Shown: piece by piece, positions 32,149-41,941 of the stretch
How positions within the stretch are numbered: the first letter of the stretch is position 1
Layout of the letters: each line of letters opens with the position of its first letter
NCBI RefSeq assembly: GCF_000315625.1
Contig: NW_005434467.1
Location: 37,169 to 79,109, forward strand
Reading direction: 5' to 3'
DNA length: 41,941 nt
From: Guillardia theta CCMP2712
Lineage: Eukaryota; Protista; Cryptophyta
Translations under genes and position numbers: made by a program
Notes under the pieces: generated by a model
What the model saw: only the letters and a program-made list of their open reading frames with translations
Databases searched by the model: none
What the model was told of the DNA's origin: nothing

Positions 32149-35100
32149 TCAACTGTCTGCACGATAGAGAACGATAGAAGAGTTGTACGTCACCTGTTGT
32201 ACAGGTCTAGTCTTTTCCGCTGCTTGCGCACCTGGAGAGATGTGAAAAGCAACAGAACCTGAAAAATCAAGGAGAAGAGTAAGAATGCAGAGCTCATGAA
32301 ACAATGAGACTGTGCTACCTGGATCATCTTGATTGCTGGAAGTCGGGAACGATGATGATAAACTTTGAGTGCGATGGGGTACTTGTGTCTTCATCATATG
32401 ATTCGCCCTCAGCCTCCTTTTTTTCCTCCCTCCCTCGTCGTTCTGTTTTGGTAAACTCTTTTCTCGCTCCATTTGTTCAATATGATCACAAAGAGTCTTG
32501 TTGATTTTCTTCTTCTCCTCTTCCACATCAAACTTGTCTTCAAACTCTATCCCATCCAGGAAAGACAATATCCCCTCTTTGACCCGATGATTCACTATCA
32601 TCACCATTCCTTCCTTCAGCGTCCGGGTGATCGCCCGGTACAACAGCGAACGATGCATGTTGAGGTCCCTGTCCTGCTCTTCCATATCAAGACCCACTGC
32701 AATCACTATCTTGCTCTCCATCCCGTCAAAGTTTGCGACAGTGTCAAACACGATCTTCTCCTTGCATTGTTCATGCTTGCTGGTTTGAGTAGCCTTCCAT
32801 GCATCAACAGCCGCAACGAGTGAGAACCTTGACTGGAAGTCTTCATCTTGGTTCAGATGGTTTTGCAGTACTTGTCTCAAGCCCTGATTGATAAGCTTCT
32901 CATGTGCAAGAATCGCGATATTCCAGTCTAGGTCTCCAGAAAACTCTGCTATCACATCTTTCATCGCTTGCAGTATGTGAGGAATGTACTCGCTTGCTAG
33001 TTCAACTTCCGAAGTAAACGCAAAGATATAAGGCTTGACTGGACGACCATCAACCTTGTGAGGGCACGAGACTTCATCTTTTGAGATACCTCTATGAAAC
33101 AACAACGAAGCAGTCATCGTCCTGTTGCTGTTTCTGACAACTTCTGTAAGGTATACGTCTTGAAGATCCTGAGGGTAAGCGATGTTTGTGACATCAGCTT
33201 GCGAGGTGTCAGACATCAGCAGCATTGTGGACATGTCGTACTGCTTCTTCCTGATAAAGTCCGTTGCTTCCTCATCGCAGAACACATGATGCGCTTCGTC
33301 AATCACTACATACTTGTACTCCAACTCGTCCTTACTCTGCATCTCAACCTTCTCCTGTTTCTTCCGTAGACAACCATCATCCTTCTCCGTTATCAAGAAA
33401 GGACCATCCCATCCTGTCTCCCCGCGGAAGGAAAAGAAGATCCGATCAAACAGCCCTGCATCCACCAGCTTCCACTTCATCATCGAGGAGACCCAGTGCG
33501 CGATGAAGAACACAAACGCTTCAGAGCGCAGCATGAACAAAATCGAGCAGATCCTGTCCTTTTCCAGCTCTCTTAGCATCATATGCAGCGCCATGAAAGT
33601 CTTGCCTGTCCCTGCTGGGCCTTGCAGGTGAATTCCCCTCCTACCCTCCATCGCTTCCTCGCACTCCCTCGCTTTCTCCTGCTGATGAGCGGTCAATATG
33701 CTCCTTCCTTCCTCCTCCAGTAGCTTCTCAACTCGCCTCGCCGGCCTCATATAAAGAAGAAAGCGACTAGGCAGACGAGCGAGAATGCGGAGATTTGATC
33801 GAATCTGACGAAGTTTCTGACCACCGATCTTCTGCAAAGCAAAGGCCTTCGATGTGCTTGAGATGAACAAGCAGAACCCATGAAAGAGGCAGGTCATGCT
33901 TGAAGCAGATTTGTTCTGCTTCTTCGCCTCTGCCGTCTTCTGTCTCTTGTAGATGTCGAGGTACTCGAACAGGATAAGAGAAGTGATCTTATCCATTATC
34001 ATGTAACAAACGTTGCTTGGAGTCTCAATCAAGCTAGTGACGATTTGGATGGACTCAACCCTTGACCATAGAAACCTGTTCATTCTCTCCAAGATCTGGC
34101 CAGCACGCTCATTGTTCTTCTCCCAATCTTTCATTACATGCCCAATCCATGCTCGTTTGCAAGATTCGGTGTCCGGAAGACAAGCGCTCACAATCCTGTC
34201 CGTTAAGAAGATAATGGACGCGTACTTCTTCTTCCAGCCCCAAGCATCAAACTCCGCTCTATCCCAATACTTGCATGTCACATCTCGATGCCTAAATATG
34301 TCTTCTAGCACTTCCAAAAGCTCATTTTGTGATGCAGACTCAGAGATGCATTTGTCCAACTTTTCCCTGCTTTCCTCATGCAATCTGGCATCCCTCATCA
34401 CCTTCAACCACAACAACATGCACATCGTCCATGGTTGAGCTTCTTTTCCATCATTCTCAGTGTGCATATGCTTGCTGTCGTTGACAGAGATCGTATGATT
34501 CTCAGAAAAATTTCGGAAGTCTCGCAGAAGCTGAGTAATGTGCGTCTCCAAGTCACCTTTTTCTCTCTCATTTCTCGCAACGACTAGCTCAATCTGACCA
34601 TGTTCGTCTGCAGGGTCGCTTGCAACATTCGTGTTTGATTGAATCAATGCATCAGTTTCTGCCAATCCACTCTCATCGGCTGTGGGAGAACAGAGTCGAG
34701 CTGTGCGTTCCGACATCTCCCTCACCTTTACGCCGACGACACACCAGAACTCCTTCTTGCGATGTGAACTCAGCTGCTCTGTCAGCTCTTCCACAGACTT
34801 GTCAGTCTTGTCTTGAAAATCTTCTAATGCCCAGTCTTGAACCCTCAAACTCTGACAATGACTCACTGGACATCCTAGCCGGAAAGCTGAGGCATCGCAT
34901 CGACCATACAGCCTGTATCCTCGAGAGCAGCCTCTCGCTCCCATCATTGCTTCAAGCAAGGACTTTCCATGGAATAGCATACTGTAGAAAATATCTGAAA
35001 ACTCAATAGCATCATCGTCGTTCAGCCCGTCTTTGTGCCCAATCGCGAAGTCAACGACCTCCGTCAGCTTCTTCGCATGCTCATCAGACGAGCATGCGTT

Positions 35101-35502
35101 GAGCACCACTAGCTGCACCTGCGCTGCTCCTGATCTCTTCGAAATCTCGTTGTGAGCCTTGAGAGCATCGGCCATTGTTTCAACATCGACATTGCGTCTG
35201 AAAAGCTTGATCGCCTCTGTTTCGGCATGGCAGCTGAAGTGAAGAATCAGAGGCTTTCGGGTCCGGACCTCCTTGACAACCTCTCCCCATGCACAGGAAT
35301 ACGGACGGGAGAGATTATTAGCATCTATGGTGCAGATGATGGATTGGATCCGGTTGTACTCTTGTTTGAGGTTCAAACAAGGATCGTTTGGGCTGGTAGT
35401 GATGTCTACAGGGACGAAATGAAGCCGATGTGGAACTTGTGGCGTGTCAGGCTTGACTAAGCTGGGCCAGTCGATATCATCGTCTCGAGACTTCGTCGTC
35501 AT
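32149..35502 (-). CDS. CHAT (caspase-like CD-clan) protease + SF1 (UvrD/Schlafen-type) helicase protein; probably spliced onto 30143-32116
   Basis: CHAT His/Cys motifs: LNLKQEYNRI, ILHFSCHA, VVLNACSS, AIEFSDIFY. Helicase motifs: LTAHQQ, GPAGTGKT (Walker A), VVIDEAHH (Walker B), SDTSQ, LTEVVRNS, FDGMESKIV, LYRAITR. Confidence 0.88.
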   Translation of the reverse strand: MTTKSRDDDIDWPSLVKPDTPQVPHRLHFVPVDITTSPNDPCLNLKQEYNRIQSIICTIDANNLSRPYSCAWGEVVKEVRTRKPLILHFSCHAETEAIKLFRRNVDVETMADALKAHNEISKRSGAAQVQLVVLNACSSDEHAKKLTEVVDFAIGHKDGLNDDDAIEFSDIFYSMLFHGKSLLEAMMGARGCSRGYRLYGRCDASAFRLGCPVSHCQSLRVQDWALEDFQDKTDKSVEELTEQLSSHRKKEFWCVVGVKVREMSERTARLCSPTADESGLAETDALIQSNTNVASDPADEHGQIELVVARNEREKGDLETHITQLLRDFRNFSENHTISVNDSKHMHTENDGKEAQPWTMCMLLWLKVMRDARLHEESREKLDKCISESASQNELLEVLEDIFRHRDVTCKYWDRAEFDAWGWKKKYASIIFLTDRIVSACLPDTESCKRAWIGHVMKDWEKNNERAGQILERMNRFLWSRVESIQIVTSLIETPSNVCYMIMDKITSLILFEYLDIYKRQKTAEAKKQNKSASSMTCLFHGFCLFISSTSKAFALQKIGGQKLRQIRSNLRILARLPSRFLLYMRPARRVEKLLEEEGRSILTAHQQEKARECEEAMEGRRGIHLQGPAGTGKTFMALHMMLRELEKDRICSILFMLRSEAFVFFIAHWVSSMMKWKLVDAGLFDRIFFSFRGETGWDGPFLITEKDDGCLRKKQEKVEMQSKDELEYKYVVIDEAHHVFCDEEATDFIRKKQYDMSTMLLMSDTSQADVTNIAYPQDLQDVYLTEVVRNSNRTMTASLLFHRGISKDEVSCPHKVDGRPVKPYIFAFTSEVELASEYIPHILQAMKDVIAEFSGDLDWNIAILAHEKLINQGLRQVLQNHLNQDEDFQSRFSLVAAVDAWKATQTSKHEQCKEKIVFDTVANFDGMESKIVIAVGLDMEEQDRDLNMHRSLLYRAITRTLKEGMVMIVNHRVKEGILSFLDGIEFEDKFDVEEEKKKINKTLCDHIEQMEREKSLPKQNDEGGRKKRRLRANHMMKTQVPHRTQSLSSSFPTSSNQDDPGSTVSLFHELCILTLLLDFSGSVAFHISPGAQAAEKTRPVQQVTYNSSIVLYRADS

Positions 35503-35997
35503 GACAGAGATAGGAAAACAAAATCCGTTCCTATCAAATTATGAATATCTTCACCTCTTTGCTAGCTGAAAGTATCTTGGAAACGAATCAGAGGGACTGA
35601 GAGAAATTCTCGTCTCCACTCCCATCTGCCTCAGCATCTGCCCTCCTGCTCTCAGCAACCATTCCAGCCTCAGCGACGCCCAAATTTTGTGCAACTAGCA
35701 CTTCGATTTCAAAATATCCCATATATTTTCAAAACGACTCTGGTAATTTCAATGAAGGCAAACTTTGAAATCCTCCGATCTGATTTCAAGGTGTCAACCA
35801 AACCTACTTTCAGGTGATCTGAAGATTTGAAGTTTTCCGACCAATCTTTTAGCCCTTTCCAAATGCGGCATGAAACAAAGCTCACCCGGTGTTAAGTACG
35901 GTACTGAGGGACCCACTGGGGCCAGCCGGCCCGGGCTCGGCGAAAGTTGGGCCCGGGCACAATGAGGCCAGCAGCCGGACGCATGCTAGTCGGAGCC

Positions 35998-36725
35998 ATC
36001 AGAGCCTTGACTTGGACTCAGTCCAGCTGCCATCAACTTCACCCACTCAGCTCCTTCTCCTCTCATGCCCCTCCGTCCTCCCGCTCCCTCCCTCCCCGGC
36101 TCCCTCCCTCCCTCTCCTCACAGCACACACTCCCCTCCCCTCCTCCTTCTGTTCCTCCTCCTCTCTCCTCCATCGCTCCTGCCGCTGTTGCCTCTGCCCC
36201 TCCTCCCCGTCGACCTTGTGTGATCGCCATGTCAGCTCTCTCCCTCTCCTTGTACCTCCCTCTCTCATACCAGACCTCCCAGCAGCACCCCAGCACAAGT
36301 CCTGGCTACCTCTCCAGCTGCTGGGCACATGCCTCCATCTCGCTCCTCTTTCTCACTCCCTACCTCATGCTTGGATGGGTTGGAACCCCTCGCATGACCC
36401 CCCACCCCTCCTTGTCCGTACCCACCCCTCTCTTCCCCTCGCGCGTGGTTAACTTCCCTAGTGGCATTACCCCCTACTCTGACGCGCTTTGGTGACCGCC
36501 CACCCTCCCCGGCCCACCCCTGACCCCATCCCCTCACCCACCCTTCTTTTCCCCTCGCGTGTGGTCAACCTCCTTCCCCGGCCATCTCCTCGCGTCTGAT
36601 GAGCTGGAGGGAGAGAGGAGGGGAGGGAGGAACCTTGCTCAAGCTTCTCTCACATGATACAAGTCTCCTCCTCCCCTCCCTCCCCTCCGCTTCCCTCCTC
36701 CTTCCGTCCTTGATCCCCTCCGCTG
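35998..36725. repeat. Composite copy of dispersed repeats A and B
   Basis: 35998-36395 matches 3148-3624; 36395-36725 matches 27196-27610. Confidence 0.75.
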
Positions 36726-37124
36726 CCTCCTCGCCTGTAGCAGCGACGTCGTCATGTCTTCTCTCCCCGGGCTCGCATCGGATGTCGCATGGCGTCTTGC
36801 CATGCTCAGCTGGGCTGTCGGCTTGCGCCGTAGAGCAGAAGCGAGCACTAGCCCGCATAGACAGACATGGGGGTGGAGGAGCGAGAAGAGCTGAGAGGTA
36901 GAGAGCATGACGCGCTTCTATCAGGTACAATCAAGGTTGACCGCAANNNNNNNNNNNNNNNNNNNNNNNNNNNNNNNNNNNNNNNNNNNNNNNNNNNNNN
37001 NNNNNNNNNNNNNNNNNNNNNNNNNNNNNNNNNNNNNNNNNNNNNNGCCCCTAGCAGCACGAACACGCTCTGTCCCTTCCCCGCCATCCCCGCCTCCCCT
37101 CCAGCTGCACCACGACCCTCCCCA

Positions 37125-40100
37125 TCACTCGGCATCGCGTCGCTCGAGCACGGACCTGAGCCGTCGGCCCGCCTCAGAAGCACGGGTGTCGGGGATGTTG
37201 GGAGGCAGGGCGGCGCCTCGGAGCCGTCGGATGCGTCGGATGTTGTACGAGTTGTCGCTAGCAAGGCTGCTCAGAGCCTCCATNNNNNNNNNNNNNNNNN
37301 NNNNNNNNNNNNNNNNNNNNNNNNNNNNNNNNNNNNNNNNNNNNNNNNNNNNNNNNNNNNNNNNNNNNNNNNNNNNNNNNNNNNNNCCCTCCGTCATGCT
37401 GCGCAAGGCCTTGCATCCGTCACGCTGTATCCATCGGTCGCCTGCGTGCGTGGACATGGCGCTGACGACGGCCTCGATCGCTCCTGCCTCCCGCGCTCGC
37501 GCCTGGCTGTCTGCCATGCCCGCCGTCATGCTGCGCAAGGCCTTTGCATCCGTCACGCTGTATCCATCGGTCGCCTGCGTGCGTGGACATGGCGCTGACG
37601 ACGGCCTCGATCGCTCCCGCCTCCCGCGCCCGCGCCTGGCTGTCAGCCATGCCCTCCGTCATGCTGCGCAAGGCCTTGCATCCGTCACGCTGTATCCATC
37701 GGTCGCCTGCGTGCGTGGACATGGCGCTGACGACGGCCTCGATCGCTCCCGCCTCCCGCGCCCGCGCCTGGCTGTCTGCCATGCCCTCCGTCATGCTTTG
37801 AAGTGCTTTGCATGCTGACCATTGCATGTAACTCTCGTCCGGGTGTCTGGACATGGCGCTGACGACGGCCTCGATCGCTCCCGCCTCTCGTGCTCGCGCC
37901 TGGCTCTCTTTGATGTGACTCACTGTGTTTGTCACGGCCCTGCACGCAGTCTTCTGTACCCACCTGTCGTCCGTGTGCCTGGACATCGCCCTCACTACCG
38001 CCTCGATCGCTCCCGCCTCCCGCGCCCGCGCCTGGCTGTCTGCCATGCCCTCCGTCATGCTTACAAGTGCTTCGCAGGAAGATCCTTGTACCCCAGCGTC
38101 TTCCGCGTGCGTGGACATGGCGCTGACGACGGCCTCGATCGCTCCCGCCTGCATGGCCGGGAGCTTGTTCTGCTCGTGGCTCTCGGCTATCGCTGTCAGC
38201 ACCTCGCATAGACCTTGCTGTATCTTCGCGTTGCTCTGGTGCCTGGTCATGGCGCTGACGACGGCCTCGATCGCTTTCGCATCTCTCGCTGTGCCCTGGT
38301 ATCGGAAGTACTGCATTGTGTACTTCAGGGCCTCACACGCAGCCTGCTGTACTTGCCAGTCGTTCGCGTAACTTGACATGGCGCTGACGACGGCCTCGAT
38401 CGCTCCCGCCTCTCGTGCTCGCACCTGGCTCTCATCGCTGAAGCTGACAGTGTAGTCCAGGGCCCAGCACGCAGCCTGCTGTACCCCCGCGTCGTTCGCG
38501 TGCGTGGTCATGGCGCTGACGACGGCCTCGATCGCTCCCGCCTCCCGCGCCCGCGCCTGGCTCTCGTCCCTGAAGCTGACAGTGTTCTTCAGAGCCTCGC
38601 ACGCAGCCTGCTGTACCCCCACGTCGTCTGCGTGCGTGGTCATGGCGCTGACGACGGCCTCGATCGCTCCCGCCTCTCGAGCCCGCGACTGGCTCTCTTG
38701 GATGCGACTGACAGTATGTGTCAGGGCCCAGCACGCAGCCTGCTGTACCCCCGCGTCGTCTGCATGCGTGGTCATGGCGCTGACGACGGCCTCGATCGCT
38801 CCCGCCTCTCGCGCCTTGAGCTTGTCAGCCTCCCCGTTCTGAGCCATGCTGACCAAGGCTTCGCACGCAGCCTGCTGTACCTCCGCGAGAGCCTCGTACG
38901 TCCTCATCTCCTGCATCACCACCTCTATGCTGTCGTCAGCTCCCGTCCTCAGCAGCCTCCATGCCTCCCTTGCCGGCTGCTCCGTCCCGCTTCCGTCTTG
39001 TGCCCCTACCGCTGCCGACGCCCCGACTGGCAGTGCCTGAGCTCCCGTCCTCAGCGAGCTGAGAGCGTCGCTGCCCGTGGACTCCAAGGCGGTGCAAGCT
39101 GACTCTTGCAGCTCCACGAGCTCTGCGTACTTGCGCTTCCTGACTCTCCTCGCCACCGCCTCGATCCCTCCCCCCGCTGCCTCTCCGATCCTTCTCCATG
39201 CAGCTTCTGCCATGCTGCGTATGCCTCGGCATAGCGACTGGTTGCCGGCCTCTGCCCGCTGCTGTCCAGGCGTCCTGTCTGACCATGTCCATGCAGTAGC
39301 CCCCTCACCCCCCTCCGCTCCGGCTCTTCCTACAGCTACCGCAAGCTCGGCGAACCTCGGGCGGTCCTCCTCCCTCGTCGCCCAGCAGCTCTCCAGCAGG
39401 GCCCACAACCCGTCCGGGCATCTTCCGAGGAGGTGCTCTCGAGGAAGCCTCCCACCCCCGCACACGTACCCGATCACAGTCGGGTCCGTCATGGGGTAGT
39501 AGGGGGTCATGCCCGAGGTCAAGATCTCCCAGCACGTGACCCCGTAGGCCCACACGTCGCTCTTCTCCGAGCACCGGGCCTCTCTGCATCGACTCTGGGG
39601 GGCATGTACCGCACCGGCAGCGCTCGCCCCGCTACCCTCCCGTCACTCCCGTCCACCAGCTCCCCTGCCCGGCCCGTACCCCGGCCACCTTCACCGNNNN
39701 NNNNNNNNNNNNNNNNNNNNNNNNNNNNNNNNNNNNNNNNNNNNNNNNNNNNNNNNNNNNNNNNNNNNNNNNNNNNNNNNNNNNNNNNNNNNNNNNNNNN
39801 NNNNNNNNNNNNNNNNNNNNNNNNNNNNNNNNNNNNNNNNNNNNNNNNNNNNNNNNNNNNNNNNNNNNNNNNNNNNNNNNNNNCAGCTGGGGGAGCTCGG
39901 TCAGCAGCAGGGGACAGCAGTCGTCGTCGTGGCTCTGCCCCATGTAGCGTACAAGAAGAGGGATGCGGCCCGAGCATGAGCATGACCGCGGCTTGTCTGC
40001 CGCCGTCGTCTAGCGTGAGCTTGAGCACGGCTACCTTGATCTTGCCGGGCCCTGCTCTCCTTCCTTGCACGCGGAGGTGACCTATGTAGAGGGTCTGGGA

Positions 40101-40388
40101 GGAGCCTGCTGTGATAGGCTGCCCCTCCATCTCCACGTCGTGCCTGGGGACGAGCAGCGCGTGTCGCTCCTGCCACTCCTGGATGGCGCTGCGGAGAGCG
40201 AGGTTGGGTACAAGGTGGTTAGAGGGGAGGAGGACGCCGGTGAGGGGGCTGGAGAGACGATGGCGGAGCCAGGTCTCGATGGAGGATCTCTGGTAGGTGT
40301 GGCCATCGCAGCAGGTGACAGGGTCGGTCATGAGCGCCATGCTGATGGGGCAGAAGAAGGACCGTAGCGCTCCCTGGTCCGCTGCCAT
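37125..40388 (-). CDS. U-box + tyrosine-kinase-like + armadillo-repeat protein, copy 2 (gapped; apparent frameshifts near contig ends)
   Basis: ATG at 40388 (MAADQGALRSFFCPISM...). Kinase C-lobe nearly identical to copy 1; at least 12 ARM repeats. Small indels near 39957, 39670, 39575-39600 and 37543 lie close to N gaps, so it could be intact (assembly errors) or a pseudogene. Confidence 0.8.
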
Positions 40389-40687
40389 GGCGGGGCAGAG
40401 GAGCGAGGGGAGGTGAAGGGAGGGGATAGGGGGGTACGTGCAGCGAGGGAGCGAGGGGGTGCGAGGCCGGTCTAGGGAGGGGTAGGGGGTGGTAGGAGGA
40501 GTGGAGAGGAGGGAGGAGGGGTGGTCCAAAAAAGAAATGGGAGTGTAAAACTAAAAAAAAGAAGGATATGTCTTGTTGCTGCCTTTTGTGTGCGATGGTA
40601 TCTTGCGGGTATGTGTTGTTGCTGCCTTTTGAGCATTTGGTACTGATGGTCTGAGGCGGATGGCTCCGTTATCAAGAGGAGGAGATC

Positions 40688-40947
40688 ATCTAGGGGGTGC
40701 CGAGAACTGAGTCATCTAGGGNNNNNNNNNNNNNNNNNNNNNNNNNNNNNNNNNNNNNNNNNNNNNNNNNNNNNNNNNNNNNNNNNNNNNNNNNNNNNNN
40801 NNNNNNNNNNNNNNNNNNNNNACCGAGAACTGTGTCATCTAGGGGGTGGGGGGTGGAATCCTACCGAGACTGTGTCATCTAGGGGGTGGGGGTGGAATCC
40901 TACCGAGACTGTGTCATCTAGGGGGTGGGGGTGGAATCCTACCGAGA
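40688..40947 (+). repeat. G-rich minisatellite, copy 2 (contains an assembly gap)
   Basis: Units of accgag(a)actgtgtcatctagggggtgggggtggaatcct. Confidence 0.8.
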
Positions 40948-40955
40948 AGACGGGC

Positions 40956-41941
40956 ATGTCGCTTGTTTCTTTTGTCGGCGGCCTCAAGCTGAGGAGCTCT
41001 TCTGGCCTGCTGCGCTTGTCGAGGTAGGCGATTGTGAAACATGGATGGGTGATCGGAGGTGAAGCCGGCGAGTAGAGGAGTGTGACGCAGCAGGAGTGAG
41101 GTGCCATAGATAGTGAGTCTGTGAGCGGAGGATCGGGAGGATTTCGCGGAGAGAGATTGAAGTGTCTGTTGCATGCTGACGGTTGCTTCTTTATGGTTTG
41201 CCAGTGCAATGAAGCATGAAGCAAGCAAGGCTTTCGAGGGACGTGCGGAGCGGAGAGCAAACGGCACGACAGGTAGAGGTCCGCAGTTGCCTGATCGTGA
41301 GAAACAAGACAATCAGAGTCGGTTTGCATGGAGTCATGACCGGTCACACACGAAGAAAAGGCAGGGAGATGTCGCAGGAAACGAGATCGAGATCGCGAGG
41401 GCATCCAAGTTAGTCGACCAGACAGCCAAAAGCTTGTCGTTGCGCAAGAGAGAGGCTGAGCTGAAGGAGGCTGAGGTCACAGGAGACGAGATCGAGATCG
41501 CAGACGCCCTCCTGAGAGTCAGGGAGGCAGAGCTGGAGGAGGCTGAGGTCACAGGAGACGAGATCGAGATCGCGAAGGCACGCAAGTTAGTCAACAAGGC
41601 ATGGCTAAGCTTGTCGTTGCGCAAGAGAGAGGCTGAGCTGGAGGAGGCTGAGGTCACAGGAGACGAGATCGAGATCCTCAAGGCACGAATCAGGGTCAGG
41701 GAGGCTGAGCTGGAGGAGGCTGAGGTCACAGGAGACGAGATCGAGATCCTCAAGGCACGAATCAGGGTCAGGGAGGCTGAGCTGGAGGAGGCTGAGGTCA
41801 CAGGAGACGAGATCGAGATCCTCAAGGCACGAATCAGGGTCAGGGAGGCAGAGCTGGAGGTGGCTGAGGTCACAGGAGACGAGATCGAGATCGCAGAGGC
41901 CCTTCTTGCCCTCAGGATGGCAGAGCTGGAGGAGGTTTGGC
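40956..41941 (+). CDS. Hypothetical coiled-coil tandem-repeat protein, copy 2 (3'-partial; exon 1 at 40956-41023, exon 2 from 41205)
   Basis: Open frame from ATG 41209 to the window end, with EAELEEAEVTGDEIEILKARIRVR present three times. Same splice sites as copy 1. Confidence 0.6.

Larger units (their letters stand above)
37047..41941. repeat. Segmental duplication, copy 2 (partner 18242-22790)
   Basis: Same gene order and near-identical sequence; continues beyond the window. Confidence 0.92.

Overview
Draft-assembly eukaryotic nuclear DNA: GC-rich, with short GT-AG introns and about 12 N-gaps. Its style resembles a cryptophyte such as Guillardia; that is an inference. No rRNA, tRNA or CRISPR array is supported. 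The window holds six gene types. (1) A spliced R-S-E class mono-ADP-ribosyltransferase gene that runs off the left edge. (2) A giant (~4,100+ aa) single-pass surface protein built partly from motifs reminiscent of phage virion proteins. (3) Two recently duplicated copies of a U-box + tyrosine-kinase-like pseudokinase + armadillo-repeat gene. (4) In each copy, a divergently oriented coiled-coil repeat gene across a G-rich minisatellite. (5) Two ankyrin ORFs that look like the circularly permuted halves of one gene. (6) A probable single gene encoding CHAT protease + SF1 helicase + inactive CHAT + ARM repeats. The strongest signal is a cluster of 'enzyme effector + highly conserved, hypervariable repeat array' genes, which resembles an NLR-like innate-immunity locus in a protist.
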